Shown here piece by piece: positions 29,211 to 38,582 of a stretch of DNA of 64,000 nt. The position numbers were made by a program, and so were the translations under genes. The DNA is from an uncultured Bacteriovoracaceae bacterium (lineage in GTDB: Bacteria; Bdellovibrionota; UBA2394). Position 1 is the first letter of the stretch; each line of letters starts with the position of its first letter. The notes under the pieces were generated by a model that made no database searches, was not told the DNA's origin, and was given only the letters and a program-made list of their open reading frames with translations. The DNA lies in NCBI GenBank assembly GCA_964601045.1, contig CAZRLF010000010.1, forward strand, positions 30,295-94,294, read 5' to 3'.

Positions 29211-30011
29211 TTGAAAGCTGTTTCAAATCAACGATTCATTTTTATTTTGAGTGTAGCGCTTTTACTTGAGCCAACGACGGCTTCAGCTATGAATCCTCTA
29301 CGCATCTGCGCAACAGTTATTCGCTCCATTTTTGTTGGAGCTAAGGGATCGCAGAAAAGTCCCACTGCAAAAACTGAACCCCTAAAAAATATCGCTCAAG
29401 AAAACCTCATTTCGTTAAGTGCTGCACGCCAGGCTTTTTTAGAACTGCCTGTGCCAATGCAAGAAAAGGCGCGCTATTGGCAAATTCAAGGACTGCTTCT
29501 TGAACTTACTTTTAAGTATTTAGCGAATGAGAATGTCGACAAGTTTGCTCAATTATTTGAACTCAACGAATCAGAGTTTTTCAATCGAGTTAAAAGTCAC
29601 CCTCGACTCAAAATGCCGTTCGAAAGAGCCGGCCATCTGCAATTTATGGACTCCCCTTACTGGACAGTTCAGACAAAAGCAAAAATTAGACGGCATATTC
29701 AGATCGACGATATTAAGTACGGAAAATACGGAGACCTTACTGAAGGCCATGTCGGTGCAGCTCGAATTCTCGATGATATTTATAAGGCTGATGTGTTTCA
29801 GTTTAGATTTGTTATCGAGAGATTTGTTAAAGCAAATATGAGAGGAGCGCAAATTAGATGGGCCTATGAAGCCTCCGATTCAAATATTCATCAATTGATT
29901 TCAAGGCTCATGAACAAAGACTCAAAACTTATTCAACAAGTGAATGAGCGAAAGCCACGAAAATATCTTTTTGATGCCAAAGAATTTCCGCCAGAAACAG
30001 ACGGCCAGTGA
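29211..30011 (+). CDS. Hypothetical secreted protein (266 aa) with a TTG start.
   Basis: GGGGAAG lies 7 nt upstream of the TTG. A classic signal peptide is present (FIFILSVALLLEPTTASA|MNP). No recognisable domain was found. Confidence 0.45.
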   Translation: MKAVSNQRFIFILSVALLLEPTTASAMNPLRICATVIRSIFVGAKGSQKSPTAKTEPLKNIAQENLISLSAARQAFLELPVPMQEKARYWQIQGLLLELTFKYLANENVDKFAQLFELNESEFFNRVKSHPRLKMPFERAGHLQFMDSPYWTVQTKAKIRRHIQIDDIKYGKYGDLTEGHVGAARILDDIYKADVFQFRFVIERFVKANMRGAQIRWAYEASDSNIHQLISRLMNKDSKLIQQVNERKPRKYLFDAKEFPPETDGQ

Positions 30012-30192
30012 ACCACTGTCTACCTCGCAACGTTTGCCAACTAACGGCCACAATATTTTTCAGGTTTCGTAGAGATTATTGAGCTGAATAGCAATTTCAT
30101 AGCAGACCTCCTTTGTTCGTATCGCTTAAGGCGTCCGACTACGCAGATACAAGTTTTGACTGACCTATCTAAAGCTGATTAGATTGGGGACA

Positions 30193-32058
30193 ATGAAGGG
30201 GTTTTTAGATTCTCTTAAAGATCGTGTAATCCTGGCTGATGGCGCCATGGGAACGATGCTTTATTCTAGAGGTGTCTATATTAATAAATGTTACGATTAT
30301 CTTAATATTGAAAATCCCAATCTTGTTCAGTCGATTCATTCGGAATATTTGCAAGCTGGCTGCGAGCTCATCGAGACTAATACTTTTGGTGCCAACCGGA
30401 TTCGACTTAAAACTCACGGACTTGAAGATCAAGTGGCCGAAATTAATAAGGCCGGAACTGAAATCGCTCGAAAAGCAATTGATAGCTTCACTTCAAAATC
30501 CCTAAAAACAGCCTGGATCGCCGGTAGTATGGGACCTCTCGGTATTAATTCTGAACCTTTTGGTCCAACAACAACCGCTGAAGCCGTTTCTATTTTTGAA
30601 GAACAAGCTAAAGCTTTAGAGCCAGCAGTTGATGTTTTTATTTTAGAAACCTTTATGCATATTTCGCAACTTGATGCTGCGGTAGTTGCGGTTCGAAATG
30701 TTTCAACAAAACCAATTATCACTTTGATGACTGTAACCGACGAAGGCTCCTCAATCTTGGGCGAAAGCGCTCAAGCTATGATTACGGCGATGAACGAAAT
30801 GAAATCAGATATCATCGGCTTTAACTGTTCGAGTGGTCCTTCGATTGTTCTCGATGTTTTAGAAGAAGTTCGCGCACTTGCTCAGAAACCACTTGCAGTA
30901 TTTCCAAATGCTGGCGTTCCAAAACAAGTCGGTGGCCGATATATTTATCTGGCCACTCCCGAATATTTTGGAAGTTTCTCCAAAAAATTTATCAGCGTCG
31001 GCGCAAGTTTAATTGGGGGATGTTGCGGCACAACTCCCAATCACATGAGAAGAACCAGAGATGCTATTCTCGCCTCCTCTCATTCTTCGAAATCTGTGAG
31101 CAAAGTTGTTGAACTTGAAAAACCTGCCCCTCAAATTGATTTAGTTCCCGTTGCAGAGAAAAGTCGCCTCTCGAAAAAACTTTCTCACAATAAATTTGCT
31201 GTGAGTGTAGAGATCGATCCTCCCAAAGGCACTGCGTTTAGCAAAGCGCTTGAGGCCTCTAAGCAATGTTTTGATGCCGGGGTTGATTGCATTAATATCG
31301 CCGATGGTCCGCGTGCTTCGGCTCGAATGAATCCGGCAAGTATGGCCGTTATTCTTGAGCGCGAAATTGGAATTGAAACGATTATTCACTACTGCTGCCG
31401 TGATCGAAACTTATTGGGAATGCAAAGTGATCTTCTAGGAGCCAATGCTCTCGGGCTAAGAAACGTTCTCATTATTACTGGAGATCCTCCGAAGCTGGGT
31501 GATTACCCCGAGGCAGCTTCAGTTTTTGATGTCGATGCCATTGGGCTTACGCGAATTGTTCGGCGACTCAATCAAGGGATGGATTTAGCTGGAAATCCCA
31601 TTGGTAAACCGACTTCCTTTTTTCAAGGAGTAGGATGCAATCCCGGCAGTCTTAATTTTGAAGAAGAAATGCTTCGACTTCAAAAGAAGATCGATGCCGG
31701 CGCTGAATACGTTTTGACTCAGCCCGTCTACGACCATAAAACCTTTGAAAAGTTTTTGAACAATTTTGAAAAATTCGCCAAGAAAATTCCGATACTCATT
31801 GGTATCTGCCCTCTGGCGAGCTTAAGAAATGCTGAGTTTCTGCATAACGAAGTTCCTGGAATGCAAATTCCAGAGTCCATTTTGGCTCGAATGGCTAAGC
31901 CCGAAACTCCCGACCTTCAGAGAGAAGAAGGCATTAAAATTGCTCGAGAAGCTCTGTCTGAATTCAAGAAGAGTGTACAAGGTACCTATATTATGCCTCC
32001 ATTTAATCGAGCTGATATTGCACTTGCCGTACTCGATGGTTTTATAGAAAAAGCATGA
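30193..32058 (+). CDS. yitJ: Bifunctional homocysteine S-methyltransferase / 5,10-methylenetetrahydrofolate reductase (YitJ-type fusion).
   Basis: The N-terminal half has Hcy-binding motifs (ILADGAMGTML, the GGCCGTTP zinc site). The C-terminal half resembles MTHFR (...VSVEIDPPKG..., ...LTQPVYD...). The 620-aa length matches B. subtilis YitJ. The start was trimmed from TTG 30184 to ATG 30193. Confidence 0.85.
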   Translation: MKGFLDSLKDRVILADGAMGTMLYSRGVYINKCYDYLNIENPNLVQSIHSEYLQAGCELIETNTFGANRIRLKTHGLEDQVAEINKAGTEIARKAIDSFTSKSLKTAWIAGSMGPLGINSEPFGPTTTAEAVSIFEEQAKALEPAVDVFILETFMHISQLDAAVVAVRNVSTKPIITLMTVTDEGSSILGESAQAMITAMNEMKSDIIGFNCSSGPSIVLDVLEEVRALAQKPLAVFPNAGVPKQVGGRYIYLATPEYFGSFSKKFISVGASLIGGCCGTTPNHMRRTRDAILASSHSSKSVSKVVELEKPAPQIDLVPVAEKSRLSKKLSHNKFAVSVEIDPPKGTAFSKALEASKQCFDAGVDCINIADGPRASARMNPASMAVILEREIGIETIIHYCCRDRNLLGMQSDLLGANALGLRNVLIITGDPPKLGDYPEAASVFDVDAIGLTRIVRRLNQGMDLAGNPIGKPTSFFQGVGCNPGSLNFEEEMLRLQKKIDAGAEYVLTQPVYDHKTFEKFLNNFEKFAKKIPILIGICPLASLRNAEFLHNEVPGMQIPESILARMAKPETPDLQREEGIKIAREALSEFKKSVQGTYIMPPFNRADIALAVLDGFIEKA

Positions 32059-32074
32059 GTCATAAGGGGAGACT

Positions 32075-33262
32075 ATGAAATATAAACGAGTCGTCATTCT
32101 TGTTCTCGATAGCTTAGGAGTCGGTGAGCTGCCCGATGCGAAAGATTATAATGATTTGGGCGCTGATACTTTAGGTCATACCTATGAAAAACTAAATGGT
32201 CTTACAATTCCTCGGCTTGAAAAGATTGGCCTGCTTCAGTTTTTAAAGAATTCAGAATTAAGTCAGCCCATCGAAGCTTACTGGAGTCGAATGAAAGAAA
32301 GTTCACGCGGAAAAGACACTGCCACCGGACATTGGGAAATGATGGGCATCGTGATGAAAGTGCCCTTTCAGACATTTCTTGAAGGGTTCCCTGAAGATCT
32401 TATGCAAGCTTGGATGAAAGAAACAGGTTTAGGTTATTTAGGAAATAAAGCTGCAAGTGGAACAGTCATTATTGATGAGCTCGGAGCAGAACATCTTAAG
32501 ACGTTAAACCCAATTGTCTATACATCCGCCGATAGTGTCTTTCAAATTGCCGCTCATGAAAAATATTTTGGACTCAAAAAACTTCATGATCTTTGCGCGC
32601 AGACCAGAGAGTTTTTAAATAAATCAAAATATCAGGTGGGTCGGGTTATTGCCCGTCCCTTTATTGGAGAGGTCGAAAGCTTTAAACGCACGGGCAATCG
32701 AAAAGACTACGCTCTCTCCCCCTTTACTCCAACAGCTCTCGATCATTTGCAGGAAGCTGGGGTCTCAACAATCGGAATCGGAAAAATCCCTTCGATTTAT
32801 AATTATCGAGGCATCTCTAAAGAATACGAAGCTCACAATGATGACGAAGCTATCGATGCGACAATCAAGGCACTGCAAACGGAGACTCAAGCGGGCGTTA
32901 TTTTTACAAATCTGAATGATCTCGATATGCTTTATGGCCACCGACGAAATACTGAGGGTTACGGAAAGCAAATCGAGCATATCGACTCTCGACTGAATGA
33001 AATTTTAAGTCAGCTCACTGATCAAGACTTACTCATTATCACGGCAGATCATGGTAATGACCCCACTTACCGGGGAACCGATCATACCCGCGAGTATGTC
33101 CCTCTTTTAGTTTGGAATTCTCAGTTTAAACCAGTTGCAGCCGAAAAGCGAAAACTCCCTGAACGCGAGTGTTTTTCAGATATTGGCCAAAGCATTTTAG
33201 AAAATTTTGGAGTTAAACCTCTAGCAACCGGAAAAAGCTTTCTTGCGGAGATTTCTCAATGA
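32075..33262 (+). CDS. deoB: Phosphopentomutase.
   Basis: MKYKRVVILVLDSLGVGELPDA... (the metal-binding Asp/Ser of the alkaline-phosphatase superfamily), ...TADHGNDPT.... 395 aa. Confidence 0.9.
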   Translation: MKYKRVVILVLDSLGVGELPDAKDYNDLGADTLGHTYEKLNGLTIPRLEKIGLLQFLKNSELSQPIEAYWSRMKESSRGKDTATGHWEMMGIVMKVPFQTFLEGFPEDLMQAWMKETGLGYLGNKAASGTVIIDELGAEHLKTLNPIVYTSADSVFQIAAHEKYFGLKKLHDLCAQTREFLNKSKYQVGRVIARPFIGEVESFKRTGNRKDYALSPFTPTALDHLQEAGVSTIGIGKIPSIYNYRGISKEYEAHNDDEAIDATIKALQTETQAGVIFTNLNDLDMLYGHRRNTEGYGKQIEHIDSRLNEILSQLTDQDLLIITADHGNDPTYRGTDHTREYVPLLVWNSQFKPVAAEKRKLPERECFSDIGQSILENFGVKPLATGKSFLAEISQ

Positions 33263-34566
33263 GCGATGTCTTATCGCTCATTCTTAAGAAAAGAGAAGGT
33301 TGCGAACTTACTGAGACCGAAATTTTTTCATGGATCAAACAAATCGGTAAAGTTCCGGACTATCAATCATCTGCATTACTCGCTTTTATTTTTCAAAAAG
33401 GAATGAGCGCCTCTGAGACTGCGCATCTCACCGAGGCCATGAGATATTCCGGAAAACAATTTTCATATAAAGGCTTTTCGAAAGATTCTCTATTTATCGA
33501 CAAACATAGCACTGGCGGTGTGGGAGACAAAATAACCCTTCCTCTGTCAGCGCTCATTACTGCGTGTGACGAATCTTTTTATTTTCCTACGATCTCAGGT
33601 CGAGGTCTCGGACATACCGGTGGAACCATTGATAAATTAGAGAGTATTCCTGGCTTTAAACCTGAAACTTCGCTGAACAAATTTTACAAACAGCTTAAAA
33701 AGCACCGTATCTGTTTTTTGCAACAAGGTAATCAGATTGTTCCAGCTGATCGAGTGCTTTACGCTCTTAGAGATGTCACGGGAACAGTCGAAAGTATTGC
33801 GCTTATAACTGCCAGCATTCTCTCAAAAAAACTTTCTGAAACTTTGGATTTTTTGCTGATCGACTTAAAATTTGGAAACGGCGCTTTTTTATCTGATCTT
33901 GAACAAACCGACAAACTTGCTGAAAGTCTGCTTGAGGTTTGTCGAGCTTCATCTCTTAAGGCGAGTGTAATGCAAACTCGAATGGACACTCCTCTTGGAC
34001 TTTACTCCGGTAACCGGCTCGAAGCTCTGGAGACGCTCTCGATTTTGCGCGGTGATCGCCCACATTCTGCGACCGACCTCACAGTTTTATTTGCTGTAAA
34101 ATTTTTGTCTCTTAAAGGCTATTCAGAACAAATGGCTTTAGAGCTCATTCAAAAAAAGATTTCTTCAGGCGAAGCCTATGTGCAGTTTGAGAAAGTCATC
34201 GCAGCTCAAGGCGGCTCACTTACCAAGCTTGAGAAAACAGCAAAAGCCGCTAAGACTAAGATTAAGGTGATGCGCGCTTCTCGTGCAGGCTATCTTTCGT
34301 TTAATGTGCGCAAATTAGGACTCGCTATTGTCGCGCTTGGCGGCGGACGAAAAACAAAACTTGATAAGATTGATCCTGATGTTGGTCTCTATCACCCGCT
34401 TGAGTCGGGAGATCGAGTTGAAAAAGGGCAAGAACTTCTAAGAATTTATTATCGAGACTCCGCTCGTCTCACTCAAGCCATGAAACTAATCAATGATGGT
34501 GGAGTAGAAATTAAAGAAATGCCTTCACCTAAATCTCCGCTTGTGAGACGAGTGCTTTCTACTTAA
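33259..34566 (+). CDS. deoA: Thymidine / pyrimidine-nucleoside phosphorylase.
   Basis: 435 aa with ...HSTGGVGDKITLPL... and ...SGRGLGHTGGTIDKLESIPG.... Overlaps deoB by 4 nt. Confidence 0.9.
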   Translation: MSDVLSLILKKREGCELTETEIFSWIKQIGKVPDYQSSALLAFIFQKGMSASETAHLTEAMRYSGKQFSYKGFSKDSLFIDKHSTGGVGDKITLPLSALITACDESFYFPTISGRGLGHTGGTIDKLESIPGFKPETSLNKFYKQLKKHRICFLQQGNQIVPADRVLYALRDVTGTVESIALITASILSKKLSETLDFLLIDLKFGNGAFLSDLEQTDKLAESLLEVCRASSLKASVMQTRMDTPLGLYSGNRLEALETLSILRGDRPHSATDLTVLFAVKFLSLKGYSEQMALELIQKKISSGEAYVQFEKVIAAQGGSLTKLEKTAKAAKTKIKVMRASRAGYLSFNVRKLGLAIVALGGGRKTKLDKIDPDVGLYHPLESGDRVEKGQELLRIYYRDSARLTQAMKLINDGGVEIKEMPSPKSPLVRRVLST

Positions 34567-34580
34567 GTTATTTTTAATTT

Positions 34581-35411
34581 ATGGAAGCTCAGAATCAAAT
34601 CCAAAAGCTCAATACAGCCGTCCAGTACCTTCAACAGAATTTTGGCAAGGCTCCTCAGACGGCTTTAGTTTTAGGAAGTGGATTGAGCGGATTTGCAGAT
34701 CGGCTCGAGTCGGCAGAGAATATTAGGTCGCAAGATATTCCAGGAGCTGTCCATAGCACTGTAGTGGGGCATTCAGGTAAACTAGTTGTCGGAAAAATAA
34801 AAAATTCGCGAGTCGCCGTACTTGCGGGTCGAGTTCATGGTTATGAGGGCCACTCCCCTCATCAAGTTGTTCACAATTTAAGAGCTTTAAGACTTTGGGG
34901 TGTTCAAAGATTTATTCTGACAAATGCAGCTGGCTCTACACATACCGCCTTTAGACCAGGAGACCTTGTTTTACTAAAAGATCATTTAAATTGTACGGGT
35001 CAAAATCCACTGATCGGCTTGGAACTTTTTAGTGGCGCTCGATTTCCCGATATGAGTGATGCTTATTCAAAAGAATGGAGAGCTCGCGCCTTAAAAATTG
35101 CAAAAAAGCTTCGCATCTCACTTAAGCAAGGGGTCTATGCTGGCCTTATGGGGCCTACTTACGAGACAGCTGCCGAAGTAAAAATGTTTCGCAAATGGGG
35201 TGCAGATCTTGTCGGAATGTCGACCGTTTGGGAATGTATTGCAGTTCACCAAATGGAAGCAAAAGTTTTGGGCATCTCGGTGGTCACCAATTTGGGCACC
35301 GGTGTATCCAAAAATCCCCTCTCTCATCAAGAAGTTCTTGAGACCACGCAGAAAGTTCAGAAGAAATTTAATGTTTTGGTCGAAAATCTTCTCGAAGACG
35401 CTCAGAATTAA
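34581..35411 (+). CDS. punA: Purine nucleoside phosphorylase, trimeric PNP/MTAP family.
   Basis: 276 aa with ...LVLGSGLSGFAD..., ...GRVHGYEGHS..., ...ILTNAAGS... and ...GMSTVWECIAV.... Confidence 0.85.
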   Translation: MEAQNQIQKLNTAVQYLQQNFGKAPQTALVLGSGLSGFADRLESAENIRSQDIPGAVHSTVVGHSGKLVVGKIKNSRVAVLAGRVHGYEGHSPHQVVHNLRALRLWGVQRFILTNAAGSTHTAFRPGDLVLLKDHLNCTGQNPLIGLELFSGARFPDMSDAYSKEWRARALKIAKKLRISLKQGVYAGLMGPTYETAAEVKMFRKWGADLVGMSTVWECIAVHQMEAKVLGISVVTNLGTGVSKNPLSHQEVLETTQKVQKKFNVLVENLLEDAQN

Positions 35412-35414
35412 TGA

Positions 35415-36722
35415 ATGGCGCAAATATTTCGAGCGAAAGCAATCGTCACATCCAATACCGAGCATGACGTCATTGATGATGGTTTTTTAGCTATTGAAAA
35501 AGATAAAATTCTGGATCTTGGCCCTTGGAAGAAACGCCCACGCAATCGAAAATTTTCACAGGTCGATGTGTCTTGGGGATTAATCACCCCCAGTCTTTTT
35601 AATCTTCACACTCATACCCCGATGGTTTTGCTTCGAGGCGTAGCAGAAGATCTCGATCTTTATTCATGGCTTTTTAAATATATTATTCCCCTCGAAACAA
35701 AATGGGTCAGTCCTGAAATGTGCCGAGTAGGAACTGAACTCGCCGCCTGTGAAATGATTCGAAATGGAATCACCTACTCTGCAGATATGTATTATTTTAT
35801 CGGCGAGTCTGGAAAAGTTTTTGATCGAATGGGATTAAGGGGGCTTCTTTGTCACCACATTTGGGATCAGAAATCTCCGGATGCAAAAGAGCCAGAAGCG
35901 GCATTTCGAAATATTCGCGCCCTTGCAAAGACCTATAAAAATCATCCTCGCATTCAGGTGGCCGTTGCGCCACATGCTCCGTATACCTGCTCTCTTGAAG
36001 TTCTTAAAGAGTCGACAGCACTTGCAACAGAACTCGATCTGATGGGGGTGATTCATCTAGCCGAAACAAAACAAGAACTCACCGATATCTTACGCGATAA
36101 AGGAGCAACGCCTGCGGCCTATGTTGATAAATCCGGCTTTCTTAACTTAAGACAAGTTTTGCTCGCACATTCGGTTTGGATTACCGATCAAGACCTACCG
36201 CTTTTGCAAAAACCTAATATCACCTGCGTTTTAAATCCTCAGTGCAATGCAAAAATTGCCAGTGGAATTCCTCCGATTGCTAAATTTCAAAAAAAAGGAA
36301 TACGCTTTGCTCTTGGAACAGATGGCGCAGCCAGCAATAATAATCTCGATATTTTTGCAGAGCTTAATTTTTTCTCTAAACTCCATCATCTTAATGAAGG
36401 TGATATTACCGGACTCAAAGGCCCCGATGCGTTTGATGTGGTGACACGAAAATCGGCAGAAGCGGTCGGTCTTTCGAAAGATTTAGGAAGCCTCGAGCCT
36501 GGCAAACAAGCCGACTTCATCGTACTTGATATGCGAGCTCCACACCTTACACCCCTTACTCGCCCCTATAGCCATCTTATATATAGTGTAAGGGGCTCAG
36601 ATGTCGATTCAACCTATGTAGCGGGTAAATGCCTGATGAAAAACCGCAAGATTCTTGTCGCAGATGAGAAGAAAATCATCGCAAAAGCTTCGGCATTCTG
36701 GAAAAAAATGAAAGTCACATGA
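35415..36722 (+). CDS. Amidohydrolase of the MtaD/Tm0936 (MTA/SAH deaminase) family, paralogue 1.
   Basis: 435 aa with NLHTHTPMVLLRGVAEDL (HxH metal site), ...ALGTDGAASNNNLDIF... and ...HLAET.... Substrate unknown. Confidence 0.7.
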   Translation: MAQIFRAKAIVTSNTEHDVIDDGFLAIEKDKILDLGPWKKRPRNRKFSQVDVSWGLITPSLFNLHTHTPMVLLRGVAEDLDLYSWLFKYIIPLETKWVSPEMCRVGTELAACEMIRNGITYSADMYYFIGESGKVFDRMGLRGLLCHHIWDQKSPDAKEPEAAFRNIRALAKTYKNHPRIQVAVAPHAPYTCSLEVLKESTALATELDLMGVIHLAETKQELTDILRDKGATPAAYVDKSGFLNLRQVLLAHSVWITDQDLPLLQKPNITCVLNPQCNAKIASGIPPIAKFQKKGIRFALGTDGAASNNNLDIFAELNFFSKLHHLNEGDITGLKGPDAFDVVTRKSAEAVGLSKDLGSLEPGKQADFIVLDMRAPHLTPLTRPYSHLIYSVRGSDVDSTYVAGKCLMKNRKILVADEKKIIAKASAFWKKMKVT

Positions 36723-37894
36723 AACGACAAGGCTTTCTTTTTACTCCAAAACCCGCATTTGGTGAGCTCACAGTCAGAGGCAAAAAGATTGTGCGCTTAT
36801 CTTCGCGTAAAACTCCGAAAAAAATTGAAAGGCTTATTCTTCCCGGATTTATCTCAACTCATATTCATACGGTTCAGACGCACGCCCGAAATACTGCAGA
36901 GAATTTAGAACTACTCGACTGGCTTACGAAAAAAATATGGCCTTTCGAAGCAAAACTTAATCCGATGTCAGCTTATTTAAGTGCACTTGATGGAATGAAC
37001 GAATGTCTCGAATTTGGAATCACCACCATTCTAGATATGGCGACGAGCAGACATACTCACTCGGTTTTTCAGGCCGCTCGTGACTCGGGTATTCGTGCCT
37101 TTATTGGCAAAGCTCTGATGGACCAGGGACCAAAGAGCTTAATTGATCCTCATCCACTTGATGAACTCTATGATCTTCTCTCTGAATGGCATGGCGCTGA
37201 ATCGAATCGATTGCATGTTACTCTCTGCCCGAGATTTGCACTTAGCTGCTCTGAAAAGCTTCTTCGGCAGATTGGTAGAATATCAAATGACCTTAATCTT
37301 CTTCACCACACACATGCCTCCGAAAACAAAAAGGAATGTGATTGGATTAAAACGAATTATGGCCTCTCGAATATTGAGTTCCTCGATAAAATGGGAACTC
37401 TCAATGACAAATCCATTATCGCCCACGGAGTTCATCTATCATCTCGTGACCTGTCTATTCTTAAGAAGAGAAAATCATCAATAAGCCACTGCCCCGCTAG
37501 CAATCTCAAATTAGCCTCTGGAATTGCCGATATTAAAAGGATGAATTCGATCAATCTCTCTCTCGGTGTCGATGGAGCGGCCTGCAATAACTTACTCGAT
37601 CCATTTTTTGAAATGCGACTGGCTCATTTACTCAGCCGCTCCCTTCATGGACTTAAAGGCGTTTCAGCAAAACAGATTTTTCAAATGGCAACACTTGGCG
37701 GGGCAAAAGCTCTCTGCCAAGAGCAGAATCTCGGAAGTCTTGAACTCAACAAATATGCCGATCTCGTTGTTGTAAAAATTCCTTCGAGAATTCGATTCAA
37801 TCCAGAATTTGCGTATGAAAGCCTTATTCACTCCATAACGGCTGCTGATATCGAGTCGGTGGTTGTTGCTGGTCGAGAAGTCTTTAGAAACTAG
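36719..37894 (+). CDS. Amidohydrolase of the MtaD/Tm0936 family, paralogue 2. It is the closer of the two to MTA/SAH deaminase in the SHCPASNLKL and GVDGAACNN...FFEMRLAHLL motifs.
   Basis: 391 aa with ISTHIHTVQTH (HxH), HTHASEN, SHCPASNLKLASGIADIKRM and LGVDGAACNNLLDPFFEMRLAHLL. Overlaps the previous gene by 4 nt. Confidence 0.7.
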   Translation: MKRQGFLFTPKPAFGELTVRGKKIVRLSSRKTPKKIERLILPGFISTHIHTVQTHARNTAENLELLDWLTKKIWPFEAKLNPMSAYLSALDGMNECLEFGITTILDMATSRHTHSVFQAARDSGIRAFIGKALMDQGPKSLIDPHPLDELYDLLSEWHGAESNRLHVTLCPRFALSCSEKLLRQIGRISNDLNLLHHTHASENKKECDWIKTNYGLSNIEFLDKMGTLNDKSIIAHGVHLSSRDLSILKKRKSSISHCPASNLKLASGIADIKRMNSINLSLGVDGAACNNLLDPFFEMRLAHLLSRSLHGLKGVSAKQIFQMATLGGAKALCQEQNLGSLELNKYADLVVVKIPSRIRFNPEFAYESLIHSITAADIESVVVAGREVFRN

Positions 37895-37897
37895 ACT

Positions 37898-38581
37898 TTA
37901 AAACGAATCGACGACAAGTCTCATATCGCGAAGCTCTCTTTTTCTTTCAGCGTCGTCTTTTTGAAACTGATCAATTGTCTTAAAGCTATTATCAAACTCG
38001 TTAACAAATTTATCGACAGAGTAATCTCGCGCCAAAACAGGAATATAAGGAAAACTAAATGTTCCATGCATTGAATAACCCGATGCACGTTCATTTAGAA
38101 CCTGATGTACCCCTATAAAACTGAGCATCACCACCAGAGTTAACCCCACAGTAATTAATCCAATCGGACGACGTTTTGGATTTCGAGAAAGAATTCGTAG
38201 CAGATAGAAGAATAAAAACCCAAGCAGTGTAAAATAAAAGAGATACGCCACTTCATCCTGATATTTAAAGGAACCCAGATGAAAAAGAGTAAGCGTAAAT
38301 AAATTAACCAAAACAAAAGAGGCTAAGAGCCAATTGGTTACAACAAAAAATATTTGAGTAAATCGATATTGGCGGGTGTGAACTTTACACATGAGAGAAA
38401 TTCCAATCACAACCCCATAAATAATAGCCACGGTTGTCAAGAATCTCATCCATACCGATTTAGATGATGTGAAAATAAAAAGATGCCGCATCAGCAGACC
38501 GTAAAGAATAAAAAGTAAAACACCCCAGATGTGCTTTAGACCTTCAATAGCAATAACCTTATATTTAGAACGCTTCGCCAT
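37898..38581 (-). CDS. Hypothetical polytopic membrane protein (227 aa, ~5 TM helices).
   Basis: Hydrophobic helices throughout and no recognisable family. It lies 1 nt downstream of the protease gene, and its 3' end is 3 nt from the convergent amidohydrolase stop. Confidence 0.45.
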   Translation of the reverse strand: MAKRSKYKVIAIEGLKHIWGVLLFILYGLLMRHLFIFTSSKSVWMRFLTTVAIIYGVVIGISLMCKVHTRQYRFTQIFFVVTNWLLASFVLVNLFTLTLFHLGSFKYQDEVAYLFYFTLLGFLFFYLLRILSRNPKRRPIGLITVGLTLVVMLSFIGVHQVLNERASGYSMHGTFSFPYIPVLARDYSVDKFVNEFDNSFKTIDQFQKDDAERKRELRDMRLVVDSF

Positions 38582-38582
38582 T

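Noticed and set aside
30012-30192. Possible SAM (S-box) riboswitch in the 180-nt leader of the yitJ-like gene, as seen in B. subtilis yitJ.
   Set aside because: No GGUGGAGGGA/ACCCGGCAACC-type S-box core or obvious SAM-II pseudoknot pattern was visible by eye. This cannot be excluded without an Infernal/Rfam scan, so it is recorded as unconfirmed.
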